In this document: positions 9,978 to 20,900 of the stretch, piece by piece
How the letters are laid out: each line of letters begins with the position of its first letter
Position numbering within the stretch: position 1 is the first letter of the stretch
From: an uncultured bacterium
GTDB lineage: Bacteria > Omnitrophota > Omnitrophia > Omnitrophales > Aquincolibacteriaceae
Direction: 5' to 3'
DNA length: 64,000 nucleotides
Assembly: GCA_964482725.1 (NCBI GenBank)
Contig: CAYZYT010000005.1
Span: forward strand, 24,133-88,132
Translations under genes and position numbers: made by a program
Notes under the pieces: model-generated
What the model was told of the DNA's origin: nothing
The model's database searches: none
The model's input: only the letters and a program-made list of their open reading frames with translations

Positions 9978-10058
9978 TCATCCTGAGTCCCGCAGAGGAC
10001 GAAGGATCTCACTTTTACAGGAGATCCTTCCTTCGTCCTTCGGATTCTCTCAGGATGA
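9978..10058. repeat. REP-like palindromic element
   Basis: Outer IR tcatcctgag...ctcaggatga; inner IR gaaggatctc/gagatccttc. Confidence 0.75.
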
Positions 10059-10082
10059 GCGAGACTGAAAATACCAGTCTCC

Positions 10083-12227
10083 TCATTTTAAAATAATACG
10101 AGCGTCAATGACCCCGGCACCCTTCCCCTCGCCATAAACCATGAGGGGATTGATATCGATTTCATCGATCTCGGGATGATCGCACGAAAGTTGGGAAAGC
10201 CTTTTCAGACAATCCGCGATCGCTTCAAGATCCGCCGGCGGCTCGCCGCGAACACCTTCCAAAAGCTTGAAGGCGCGAATATTCCGCAACATGTCATGAG
10301 CGCTAAGTTCACGGATCGGCGCCACACGAAAGGTCACGTCCTTGAGAGCTTCCACGTAAATACCACCCAGACCGAACATCAGGATCGGGCCAAAGTGAGG
10401 ATCGCGCTTCATCCCCAGGATCACTTCCCGGCCTTTGGGCGCCATACGCTGCATAAAAACACCATCGATCTTGGCCTTCAACCTTTCGCCGACCGCCATG
10501 ATATCCCGAAACGCATGTTGCACATCATCCGCGGTATTCAGATTGAGCCGCACCCCTCCCACATCGACCTTGTGGATGATCTGCTGGGAAACAACCTTCA
10601 TCACAACCGGAAAACCGATCTTCACAGCCTGCTCCCACGCATCCTCAGCCGTCCTGACGAATGCCCACGGGATCACCGGGAATTCATAGGCGCTAAAGAT
10701 CTCCATCGACTGATTGATCGGAAGGAATTTTTGTTTTTCTTTGATCGCATTATCAATGACCGCATCCGCAGACTGACGATCCACCTTATAATGCTTCACA
10801 CCCGTCCGTGACCTGTGGAGCCACTGCTGATACCTGTTCATGGCCGCGAGCGTCCTCGCCGAATCCTCGGGGAAGGAACAGTGCGGGATCATGTTCTCCT
10901 TGAGAACTTTCACGCCAGCTTCCACATCCGAATGCCCCATAAAGCAGGTTACGATGGTTTTGTCCGATTCCTTATCCACCGCCACGATCACCTTGGCCGT
11001 TGCTTCAGCCTCGGTCATGGCCTGAGGCGTTAAAAGCACCATCACACCGTCCACATTCGGATCGGCGATCACACAACGAAGGGCATGCTCGTAACGGTCA
11101 TGCTGCGCGTCCCCGATCACGTCGATGGGATTTGAAAAATTCGAGGTCGGCGGAAGTTTCTCTTTGAGCTTCGAGACCGTCGCCGGGCTCATCTCGGCCA
11201 TTTGAAGACCGAATTTCACACAAGCGTCGGTGGCCATGATCCCGGGACCGCCGGCATTCGTCACGATCGCCACACGGCTCCCCTTCATCAAAGGCTGATT
11301 CGCGAACACGATCGCAAGATCGAACATTTCCTGAGCCGATTCCATACGCATCACGCCCGACTGGGCGAATACCGCATCATAAACCTCATCGGCGCCCATC
11401 AGCGATCCGGTATGTGAACTTGCCGCCTTAGCGCCCTGCGCGGTACGGCCGGACTTGATCACAAGAATGGGTTTGGTCTTGGCGATCTCCCCGGTGATCT
11501 CACGAGCGAGCTCAATGAACTCCTGTCCTTTTCCGATATCTTCGAGGTACATCATAATGACATCGGTGTTGGGATCATCTTTTAAATACCGGAGAATCTC
11601 AAGCTCTGTCACATCCACCTTATTACCCAAACTCACAAACTTGGAAAAACCGACGTTCTCACCCCGGGCATAATCCAGCAACGCCGTCCCAAGCGCGCCA
11701 CTCTGGGAGATAAAAGCAATATTCCCGTTCTTCGGAATCGTCCCGGCAAAACTCGCGTTCAGGGCAAGGTTGGGATCATTGTTGATGAGCCCAAGACAGT
11801 TCGGGCCCAGTACGGCGATACCATAAGCGTCTGAGATCTGTTTGATCTCACGCTCAAGCCGCACGCCTTCTCCGCCGATTTCACGAAACCCCGCTGAAAT
11901 CACGATCGCGGCACGGGCTCCCTTTTTGGCACAGGCCTCAAGCTCCGCCGGCACCGCGGCTCCCGGGATAATGAAAATAGCCATGTCGATCGTTTCCGGA
12001 ATCTCGGCCACCGTCGGGATGCACTTCACGCCCAGAATATCCGAAGCCTTGGGATTGACCGGATAGATCTTCCCCTTGTAACCCGTTTGGAGCAGATTCT
12101 TGAGAATAGCGTAGCCCACGGCCTCGGTGCGCCTTGAAGCCCCCACCACCGCGATCACCTTGGGTTCAAAGAGAGCCTTCAGATCTTTTTTCTTGGGCGT
12201 CACAACAGTTCCTGTGCTCATGGTCAT
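10083..12227 (-). CDS. Acetate-CoA ligase (ADP-forming), fused alpha/beta
   Basis: CoA-binding VVGAS, GPNCLG, SQSGA, SHTGS phospho-His, TNAGG, NPIDV, ATP-grasp HKVDVGGV, DINP. Confidence 0.92.
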   Translation of the reverse strand: MTMSTGTVVTPKKKDLKALFEPKVIAVVGASRRTEAVGYAILKNLLQTGYKGKIYPVNPKASDILGVKCIPTVAEIPETIDMAIFIIPGAAVPAELEACAKKGARAAIVISAGFREIGGEGVRLEREIKQISDAYGIAVLGPNCLGLINNDPNLALNASFAGTIPKNGNIAFISQSGALGTALLDYARGENVGFSKFVSLGNKVDVTELEILRYLKDDPNTDVIMMYLEDIGKGQEFIELAREITGEIAKTKPILVIKSGRTAQGAKAASSHTGSLMGADEVYDAVFAQSGVMRMESAQEMFDLAIVFANQPLMKGSRVAIVTNAGGPGIMATDACVKFGLQMAEMSPATVSKLKEKLPPTSNFSNPIDVIGDAQHDRYEHALRCVIADPNVDGVMVLLTPQAMTEAEATAKVIVAVDKESDKTIVTCFMGHSDVEAGVKVLKENMIPHCSFPEDSARTLAAMNRYQQWLHRSRTGVKHYKVDRQSADAVIDNAIKEKQKFLPINQSMEIFSAYEFPVIPWAFVRTAEDAWEQAVKIGFPVVMKVVSQQIIHKVDVGGVRLNLNTADDVQHAFRDIMAVGERLKAKIDGVFMQRMAPKGREVILGMKRDPHFGPILMFGLGGIYVEALKDVTFRVAPIRELSAHDMLRNIRAFKLLEGVRGEPPADLEAIADCLKRLSQLSCDHPEIDEIDINPLMVYGEGKGAGVIDARIILK

Positions 12228-12233
12228 CTCTCC

Positions 12234-15200
12234 TTAAGCTTTCGCCGGGTTAGGAGCTTCGATCGCGGGCTTTCCCTGGGCCAGATATTCGAAACGCTTC
12301 CAGCGGGCTTCAACATCCTTTTGCGCGATCTGGTAAAGTTTTTTGGCTTCCTCGGGATTACTCTTCATAATCATCTTGAACCGGTTTTCCATCATGAGAT
12401 ATTGCTCAAGCGGGATCGTCGGCGCCTTCGAGTCGATCACGAGAGGATTCTCCCCCTTCTCGGTACGACGAGGATCAAAACGGTAGAGGATCCATTGACC
12501 GGATGCGACGGCGGCCTTTTGGTCCTGTAGACCGTTGATCATATTGATGCCATGCGCGATGCAATGGCTGTAAGCAATGATGAGCGAAGGACCGTCATAC
12601 GACTCGGCTTCCTGGATCGCCTTGAGGGTTTGCTGGTCATTGGCCCCCATGGCGATCACCGCCACGTAAACGTTCCCGTAAGTCATGGCGATCATCCCGA
12701 GGTCCTTCTTACCGGCGGCTTTCCCGCCCATCGCGAATTTCGCGGTGGCGCCGCGCGGCGTGGATTTCGACGCCTGGCCGCCCGTATTGGAATAGACCTC
12801 CGTATCGAGGACGAAAACATTCACATTTTTCCCGGACGCAAGCACGTGGTCAAGACCGCCGTACCCGATATCGTAGGCCCATCCGTCACCCCCGAATATC
12901 CAGACGCTCTTTTTTACAAGCGTGTCCGCCAGGCTCAAAAGCTGCACGGCGTCGGCTTCCGCGCTAAGACCGGCCAGTTTCTTTTTAAGCGCCGCAACGC
13001 GTTCCCGTTGATCATAGATCTCCGCTTCGGTCTGTTGCGCCGAACTAAGGATCGATTGAACAAGATCCGCGCCCAGCTTATCCTGGAGCTTCACGAGAAG
13101 CTCGGAGGCATATTCTTTCTGTTTATCGATCGCCATCCGGAACCCGTAACCGAATTCCGCGTTATCTTCGAAAAGAGAATTCGACCAAGCGGGCCCACGG
13201 CCGTTACCATCCTTAGCCCAAGGCGTCGTCGGCAAATTACCGCCATAGATAGAAGAACAACCCGTCGCGTTCGAGATCACGGCGCGATCCCCGAAAAGCT
13301 GCGACACGATCTTCACATAAGGCGTCTCCCCGCAACCGGCACACGCACCTGAAAACTCGAAAAGCGGCCTCATCGCCTGCTGCTGGTTGATCATCCCGGT
13401 CTTCAATTTCCTGCGATCATACTCAGGGATATTAAGGAAGAACTCCCACTTCGGCGCTTCAATGCAGCGAAGCGGCATTTGCGGCTGCATATTGATGGCT
13501 TTTTTCTTGGGATCCGTTTTGCTCTTGGCGGGGCAAACATCGACGCAAAGCCCGCAACCCGTGCAGTCTTCAGGCGCAGGTTGAATCGTGAATTTCTGGC
13601 CCTTAAAATCCGGCATCTTCGCATCCGCCGACTTGAATCCCTCAGGGGCCTTCTCAAGACACTTCGGATCATAGACCTTCATACGGATCACGGCATGGGG
13701 ACACACAAAATTGCACTTGCCGCACTGGATACAAATATCCTGCTCCCAGACCGGGATCTCAAGCGCGATATTGCGCTTTTCATACTGAGTCGTGGCGGTC
13801 GGGAATGTCCCGTCCACCGGCATTGCGCTCACAGGGATCTCGTCCCCGCGGCCTTCAATGATCGCGCCAAGCACTTCCTTAACGAACGCCGGAGCGTTCG
13901 AAGTAACTGGGGCAAGCCTCTTGAGCTTGCTATTCGCAACCGCAGGAACTTTTACCTCATGAAGATGCGCAAGGGTCATGTCCACAGCATTGAGGTTCTG
14001 CTGAACCACGTCTTCGCCCTTTTTGCCGTAAGTCTTCTGAATGGATTTTTTGATCTGTTCAATCGCCTGCTCACGCGGCAGCACGCCCGAGATCGCAAAA
14101 AAGCAGACCTGCATGATCGTGTTGATCCTCATGCCCATACCGCTATCCGCCGCGACCTTGTAGGCATCGATCACATGAAACTTGAGTTTCTTTTCGAGGA
14201 TCTGTTTCTGAACTTCGACCGGAATATTCGGCCACACTTCTTCCGCGCTCCAGGGAGCGTTCAATAGGAACGTGCCGCCGGCCACGATATTGCGCAGCAT
14301 GTCATACTTTTCAAGGAAAACAGTCTGGTGGCATGCCACAAAATGAGCCTTACTAATCAGGTAAGGCGAGCGGATGGGCTCGGGACCGAAGCGAAGATGC
14401 GACACGGTGATCGCGCCGGACTTTTTGGAATCGTAAACGAAATACCCCTGCGCGTAATTTTCCGTGTTCTCGCCGATGATCTTGATGGAGTTCTTGTTCG
14501 CGCCAACCGTTCCGTCCGCACCGAGACCGTAGAAAAGTGCGCGCACGACCTTGTCGGATTCGATGGAATACTCCGGATCATAAGGAAGGCTGGTGTGGGT
14601 CACGTCATCATTAATGCCAATCGTAAAACCGTGTTTTGCTTTGCCAGAAGCAAAGAAATCAAACACGCCCTTGACCATGGCCGGGGTGAATTCTTTGGAG
14701 GAAAGACCGTAGCGGCCGCCATAGATCTTGGGCGCTTGATGGAACTTCGACCATCCATTCTGCGCAGCTTCCTGAAGCGCGCAAACGCAATCCAGATAAA
14801 GCGGCTCGCCGATCGCTCCCGGTTCTTTGGTCCGGTCCAGCACGATCAAGTTCTTGGTGGTTTGCGGGAGGAGGCCGACAAAACGCTTCACATCGAACGG
14901 ACGATAAAGAGAAACTTTGAGGCAGCCGACCTTCGCGCCTTTGGCGCTGAGCGCCTTCACGGTTTCCGCGGCCACCTCCTCACCCGAACCCATGATCACA
15001 ACGACTTGTTCCGCGTCTTTGGCCCCGGTGTATTCGAAAAGCTTGTAACTGCGGCCGGTCAGGCTCGCGAACTTGTCCATGGTTTGCTGAACGATATCGG
15101 GACATGCATCATAGAACTTATTGACCGTCTCCCGGCCCTGAAAATAAACGTCCGGGTTCTGCGCCGTACCGCGAAGCACGGGACTATCCGGCGAAAGCGC

Positions 15201-15857
15201 GCGGGCGCGATGCTCGAGGACCTTCGCCATGTTGATCATGCTGCGGATCTGATCGTCGGAAAGAAGGCTGATCTTTTGGACTTCGTGCGAAGTGCGGAAA
15301 CCGTCAAAGAAATGAAGGAAAGGAATGCGGGATTCAAGGCTCGCGACCTGTGAGATCAGCGCAAAATCCATGGCTTCCTGCACCGAATTGGAAGCCAGAA
15401 GCGCGTAGCCGGTCTGACGGACCGACATCACGTCCGAGTGATCGCCAAAAATCGAAAGTCCTTGGCACGCGAGCGAACGCGCGGAAACATGCATCGCCAT
15501 GGCGGTGAGTTCCCCGGCGATCTTGTACATGTTCGGGATCATGAGAAGAAGTCCTTGCGACGCCGTAAAGGTCGTGGTCAATGCCCCGCGCTGAAGCGCT
15601 CCATGCACCGCACCGGCGGCGCCGCCTTCGCTTTGCAGTTCGGCGACCGAAGGAACCGTTCCCCAGATATTCTTCTTTCCCTGGGAAGCCCATTCATCCG
15701 CCCATTCCCCCATGGTGGAAGACGGCGTGATCGGATAAATAGCGATACATTCATTAATGCGATACGCAACATGGGCAACGGCTTCGCCGGCATCCATGGT
15801 GACAAATTTTTTGCTTACGGATTTTGCTTCGGATTTTTCGAGAGCTTGTTCGGCCAT
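12234..15857 (-). CDS. nifJ: Pyruvate:ferredoxin (flavodoxin) oxidoreductase
   Basis: YPITPS, QSEGGAAG, two CxxCxxC..CP clusters, GACAGCGE, GGDGWAYDIG. Confidence 0.97.
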   Translation of the reverse strand: MAEQALEKSEAKSVSKKFVTMDAGEAVAHVAYRINECIAIYPITPSSTMGEWADEWASQGKKNIWGTVPSVAELQSEGGAAGAVHGALQRGALTTTFTASQGLLLMIPNMYKIAGELTAMAMHVSARSLACQGLSIFGDHSDVMSVRQTGYALLASNSVQEAMDFALISQVASLESRIPFLHFFDGFRTSHEVQKISLLSDDQIRSMINMAKVLEHRARALSPDSPVLRGTAQNPDVYFQGRETVNKFYDACPDIVQQTMDKFASLTGRSYKLFEYTGAKDAEQVVVIMGSGEEVAAETVKALSAKGAKVGCLKVSLYRPFDVKRFVGLLPQTTKNLIVLDRTKEPGAIGEPLYLDCVCALQEAAQNGWSKFHQAPKIYGGRYGLSSKEFTPAMVKGVFDFFASGKAKHGFTIGINDDVTHTSLPYDPEYSIESDKVVRALFYGLGADGTVGANKNSIKIIGENTENYAQGYFVYDSKKSGAITVSHLRFGPEPIRSPYLISKAHFVACHQTVFLEKYDMLRNIVAGGTFLLNAPWSAEEVWPNIPVEVQKQILEKKLKFHVIDAYKVAADSGMGMRINTIMQVCFFAISGVLPREQAIEQIKKSIQKTYGKKGEDVVQQNLNAVDMTLAHLHEVKVPAVANSKLKRLAPVTSNAPAFVKEVLGAIIEGRGDEIPVSAMPVDGTFPTATTQYEKRNIALEIPVWEQDICIQCGKCNFVCPHAVIRMKVYDPKCLEKAPEGFKSADAKMPDFKGQKFTIQPAPEDCTGCGLCVDVCPAKSKTDPKKKAINMQPQMPLRCIEAPKWEFFLNIPEYDRRKLKTGMINQQQAMRPLFEFSGACAGCGETPYVKIVSQLFGDRAVISNATGCSSIYGGNLPTTPWAKDGNGRGPAWSNSLFEDNAEFGYGFRMAIDKQKEYASELLVKLQDKLGADLVQSILSSAQQTEAEIYDQRERVAALKKKLAGLSAEADAVQLLSLADTLVKKSVWIFGGDGWAYDIGYGGLDHVLASGKNVNVFVLDTEVYSNTGGQASKSTPRGATAKFAMGGKAAGKKDLGMIAMTYGNVYVAVIAMGANDQQTLKAIQEAESYDGPSLIIAYSHCIAHGINMINGLQDQKAAVASGQWILYRFDPRRTEKGENPLVIDSKAPTIPLEQYLMMENRFKMIMKSNPEEAKKLYQIAQKDVEARWKRFEYLAQGKPAIEAPNPAKA

Positions 15858-16113
15858 TTTATGATTCCTTTAGGTTCGAGGTTTATGATATCGATCCAAT
15901 GCAGGCAAAAATATGTCTGCGCAAAATACACGGATAGCTCCCTGCTGCGTGCTGCTTGTCCTCCGGATATTCCAAATATGAGGCATGGAACGGGGGAACT
16001 TCGAAAGGCTTTTCAAGTCGCGTGAGAGCGTGCGGATGGAGGCCATCAAGCTCTCGCAACTCGCGGACCGCATTGTATGATTTTGGAAAGCATTTTTCAA
16101 GCAATTATTGCCC

Positions 16114-16205
16114 GGAGGGAGGAAGGCGGATGGTGGATGGCGAAAAATCCTCGGGAAAGATAATGAAATGATCAAAACCAAAGCTCCCTCCTCCATCCGC
16201 CATCC
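16114..16205. repeat. Intergenic inverted 7-nt tandem-repeat element
   Basis: ggaggga ggaaggc ggatggt ggatggc ... ctccctc ctccatc cgccatc. Confidence 0.7.
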
Positions 16206-16266
16206 CTTTTTAGTTCTTAAGCGCCCAAAACTTGAAATGCCCACCGATATCGCATAGTATGACGCC

Positions 16267-16662
16267 ATGTCCCACGACACGATCCGTCTTCTTCAATTCA
16301 TGGTCTGCAAAGACTTCGAGCCCGGTGAACAGGATTGCTACACGGCCAATCTCGTCCGGAGCAATCTCCATGTGCCGTCTTTTCCCTACCACTTCGAGAA
16401 ACTTTACGCCGTCACCTGTTGGCGCAAGGACAAGATGTTCCACAAAGAAGTGATCGAATATGAGACCGAGGACGGCCGCATCCTTAAGACACCGCCCATG
16501 GACATCGAGCCCGTCACCTCCAGCGTCCTCTTCCGCTGGCACAAGCACGCGTTCCCGCCGGACCTCGAGATCAAAGAAGACGGCCTGCTCCATATCCGCG
16601 TTATTCTGGACTGGAAAGTCAATTTTGAATCCTATCTCATGATCGAAAAAAGGCCGGCATAG
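16267..16662 (+). CDS. Hypothetical protein (131 aa)
   Basis: Clean ORF ending 1 nt before the antiporter start. Confidence 0.7.
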   Translation: MSHDTIRLLQFMVCKDFEPGEQDCYTANLVRSNLHVPSFPYHFEKLYAVTCWRKDKMFHKEVIEYETEDGRILKTPPMDIEPVTSSVLFRWHKHAFPPDLEIKEDGLLHIRVILDWKVNFESYLMIEKRPA

Positions 16663-16663
16663 C

Positions 16664-17908
16664 ATGCCCCAGCACGAATGGCTGCCGGAGATCTGGACGA
16701 CGCTCCCTTTCATCGGACTTCTTCTCTCGATCGCGATCTTGCCGCTGGCCGCCCACAAATTTTGGCATCATTTAAAAAATCAGGCGCTCGTCGCCGCCCT
16801 CTTTTCACTTCCGGTCATTTATTTATGTCTTGTCCATAATCCCCATCTTCTTTTGACAGGATTGGAGCATTACTTGTCGTTCGTGATCCTGCTGGGTGCG
16901 CTTTTCATTGTTTCGGGAGGGATCTGCATCACCGGAGATCTCGTCAGCACCCCGATCGCAAACACCGGCATGCTGGCATTAGGCGCCGTCCTTGCGAACT
17001 TCATCGGAACGACCGGTGCCAGCATGGTCCTGATTCGCCCGCTACTCTTCGCGAACAATTATCGGAAACACCACATCCACATCCCGATTTTTTTTATCAT
17101 GATCGTCAGCAATATCGGCGGCCTGCTGACGCCGCTCGGTGATCCGCCGCTTTTCCTGGGTTTCCTGCTCGGCGTTCCTTTTTTCTGGACCTTGAAGCTT
17201 TTCCCGTTCTGGATACTTGCAGTGGGAGTCCTTCTGGCGGTCTTTTTTGTGATCGATCACAGGGCTTTTGATCATGAGACCAAACGGCTACAGCGCGAGG
17301 CGAGGTCGGACGCTCCGATCCACATCAAAGGCCTCCGGAATCTCGGCTGTCTTGGAATGATCATCGCAGCAACGATCTGGATCCCCCAGCCCTACCGGGA
17401 AATGCTCATGATCCTTGCGGCAATCCTCTCTCTGAAGATCACGCCTAAGACCTACCACCAGGCTAACGGATTTAATTTTGATCCGATTCTCGAAGTCGCG
17501 ATCCTTTTCCTTGGCATCTTCATCACGATGGAACCCGCACTTGAGATCCTCTACCTGCGCGGCGCGGAAATGGGCATCACGGTTCCCTGGCAATTCTTTT
17601 GGGCCACAGGAGGCTTTTCATCTTTCCTCGATAATGCGCCAACCTATCTGACGTTCGTGGCGCTTGGGCAGGGATTAAAATTAGCGGGACCTCATCTTAA
17701 TCTTCCGGAGGCAATTCTCATCGCGGTCAGCGTTGGCTCGGTATTCTTCGGCGCCATGACCTATATCGGGAACGCCCCGAATTTCATGGTGCGGTCGATT
17801 GCGCAGCATCGCGGCTGGAAAATGCCGAGCTTCTTCGGATATATGGCGTGGTCAGGGGCGATCCTTCTGCCCCTGTTCTTGCTCATCACCGTCATCTTTT
17901 TCAGATAA
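16664..17908 (+). CDS. Putative Na+/H+ antiporter (IT superfamily)
   Basis: Many TM helices; IGTTGASM, SNIGGLLTPLGDPPLFLG, SSFLDNAPTY, TYIGNAPNFMV. Confidence 0.9.
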   Translation: MPQHEWLPEIWTTLPFIGLLLSIAILPLAAHKFWHHLKNQALVAALFSLPVIYLCLVHNPHLLLTGLEHYLSFVILLGALFIVSGGICITGDLVSTPIANTGMLALGAVLANFIGTTGASMVLIRPLLFANNYRKHHIHIPIFFIMIVSNIGGLLTPLGDPPLFLGFLLGVPFFWTLKLFPFWILAVGVLLAVFFVIDHRAFDHETKRLQREARSDAPIHIKGLRNLGCLGMIIAATIWIPQPYREMLMILAAILSLKITPKTYHQANGFNFDPILEVAILFLGIFITMEPALEILYLRGAEMGITVPWQFFWATGGFSSFLDNAPTYLTFVALGQGLKLAGPHLNLPEAILIAVSVGSVFFGAMTYIGNAPNFMVRSIAQHRGWKMPSFFGYMAWSGAILLPLFLLITVIFFR

Positions 17909-17924
17909 CCGCTCAAAGACAACG

Positions 17925-20900
17925 TTATGCTGCCTGATCGACCGATTGACGAGCCGTATACTCCTCCACAAGTCTTTCTAAATTGAAGACCAGTCCTTTG
18001 GAACTAAATCCGATAAAGGCCGGTATCCCAAACTGCTCCAAATAACCGCGGATCAGCGCCGGCTTCGCAAGAATTTTGTTTTGAGTCTCCTTCTCGAGCG
18101 TCGCGAAACGCAGGATCGCTATTCGAACCGCGGTTAATGCCAACTCCCGCAACCGGGGATCCGCGATCCTGCCGACCTCCGCAAGAATGGAGTAAATACC
18201 GAGATTGTCCATGCCTCGATCCTGGGTCCAGAAAGAAACGACCAGATCGCTACTCGACCGGACCGCACGACTCACCGCATTCTTATTTCGTAACGACATC
18301 ACGGAAGCCACCTTGTCCCAGGCTCGCCCAAAAGGCTTCTCGCCGGGACCACTATAAACCATCAGTCGTGAGGGTTTTAGCATCTTAATCATCTCGAGGA
18401 CCTCCTCAGCGATCCCATCACCAGGACGGTCCATCAAGAGAACGAATGACGGTTCCTTACCGTTCATGACGAGCCCTGCGGCCACAACATCAAGCATAGC
18501 CTGATCTCGTGCGATCTTAGCATTGTTCAGCTGTGATGCATTGTCTGCCAATCTGTCAAAGCTCAAGGATTCTTCGTTGAACACTGCACGGCTCCGGATC
18601 CGCGATGCGAACTCCGTCGTGTCCCCAAATTCCCCAAGGAGTTCTTGAAGCCTCTGATCAAGGGCCGGAGAACGAATATAAGAGACAACCTTTTGAAGAG
18701 TCGTGTATTGATCCAATTCTTTCCCGAATTGAACGATCCTTGTCTCGATCAGTTTCTCCATCTTTGCCTGTTGCGTGACCGCACGCACGCGTAACTCAGC
18801 CCGATATTTTTCCACCGACCCGGCGCTCTGAATTCCATGGGCCACATTTCCGGGATTCACCTCCAATAATCCTCCAAGTTTCACGCGCAACTCAGCCCGC
18901 ACCTTCGCGCTCGCCGGTTCTACAGGACGGCTGTCGCCCACGTATTTGATCGCGGAGGCAATGTCGGTCACGATCAACCGGATCGTTCCGTCCGGATCGA
19001 GCTTGAGCATGACATTCTCGCTACTCTCCAACGTGATCCCGGTAACAGCATATTCCTCCGCATTAATTTTTATCGGGCTTGTCATAATCTCATTTGACTG
19101 CCCCGCAAGCATCGTCTTGATCGAACCCAACACTTTACGATCCGGCGCGGCGATCGCGTTGCAAACCAATCGAAGATCTCCCGCCTGCGGGACTTTATCT
19201 AAATTCCCCGCGACAAGATCTCTCAACCATATCCCATCGATCAAAGGGCTTCTCGATAAACGTTTCCCCTCCATTTCATACACATCGAGGATAGGATTCA
19301 CTTCGATCACAACTTTATGATCCACACCCCCGATCTGAACCGAGCCGATCTCTTTCTGATCGAGCTTCGTTTTGACAGCCGAAGTCACCGCTTGGTAGAA
19401 CTCAAGGAGTTTGAGACTGATATCGCGATAGATCTTGTAGGCGGCATCCTCAACCTGATAAACCTCGCTATCGGCTCCCTGCCCTAAAGAAGGCTTCGTC
19501 CTCACAGTCTCCGCGGAAAGCCTCCGGTTTTCTTGACGCTTTTCAGCCGCCGGGGGCGCTTGTTGTTCCGGAAACGACTGCTTCATTTGATCCACGAATT
19601 GGCGATAGGCCGACATCAGCGGAGCCTCTTGGATCCAATCTCCATTTTCAAGCAACGGGATCAAAGTCTTGTCCAGGATGGCGTGAGTCTTTGCGACTTC
19701 TGAATCAGAAAGGTTATATTTCTTACCCAGTTCACTCCGCAATGTTTTTTCTCTCTCAGGGAATGCTTTCTCGAACGCATGTTGCGCAAAAAAGTACCGC
19801 ATGGCATAACTCGCAGCCCGGATCAGGGTGCTCGGAGCCGAAGTTCCGGGGTCTGCAAGATCTTGGCTATTCTTCAAATAAGCCTCTGCGGAGCGAATTA
19901 AGGGCTGCGGCTGCCCTAGTTGGAATGAAACCACTTCATGATCTTGAAGAGCCCTCACAAGCCTCTCGATCGCCATGAATTCTTTCATCCTCTTCACAAC
20001 CCCTTCATCGGGAACATCCGATTGCTTCACCAACTCAACACGGAGGATATGACTTATCTCATGCTGGAGACGCCACAGGTTGACCGCGTCGCTTTCTTTG
20101 CGCCAATCATCACGCAAAACAATAATAAAACCTTCTGGGTCAAGCGTCACTCCCGGCGTCCAGGCATCCACGCCAGTTGCGACCTCCTCCGGGCGATTTT
20201 TACCGGCAAGGAAACGTTCTAGGGTCAGGTTCACCATCCAGTTGTCCTCCTTAACCCTCAACATTTGAGTCTGATTTCCATCCCGCACAAAATACACCGT
20301 CGTCTGCGGAGGCAGGGCCCGGAGCATTCGCTGGATCTCATCATCCATGAAAAGCTTGTCGATCGCTTGTTTGTCCGGCGCCGATAAAGCGTAAGAGATC
20401 TTGGGCTCCGCCCGCAATTCTGCTCGCGTCGCCCGTTGCGTCTCCAACCTAGCGGCAGACCGCGCCAAGGGCTCGCTCCAGCGGATGCAAATCTCCCGAA
20501 GGAAAATTTCGAACTTTTCGATCTGTTTTTTATCTTGGATCTTAATACTCATGCCCAAGATACCCTTCACCGCTTTTCCCAAATCGAGGTAATGTTGAAG
20601 CCGTTGCCCCCTGACTCCCGGAAGCTCCCCATCTTCACTCAAATGGTCCACAAAGAATTTTAATCGCTCTATCGGATCTTTGATGGAGGCAGGGATAACA
20701 AACCCGCTTACGGATTCTAATCTCGGACCTTTCCCTGTCGTGTAAAGTTTAAGTTCCTCATCCAACTGCAAAAGATTCATCGATTCTAATTTCTTCGCAT
20801 AATCCGGATCCTGACCAATGATTCTTTTGCTTTCAGCCCCGGTCCTGGGATCGACGGCCCAAAGATCCTGAGGAACCGTGCTATCCTTTTGCTGGTTGTG

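Noticed and set aside
15870-16280. Short ORFs upstream of nifJ (136, 73, 71 aa)
   Set aside because: No recognisable motif or RBS; partly made of the repeat element; probably promoter region
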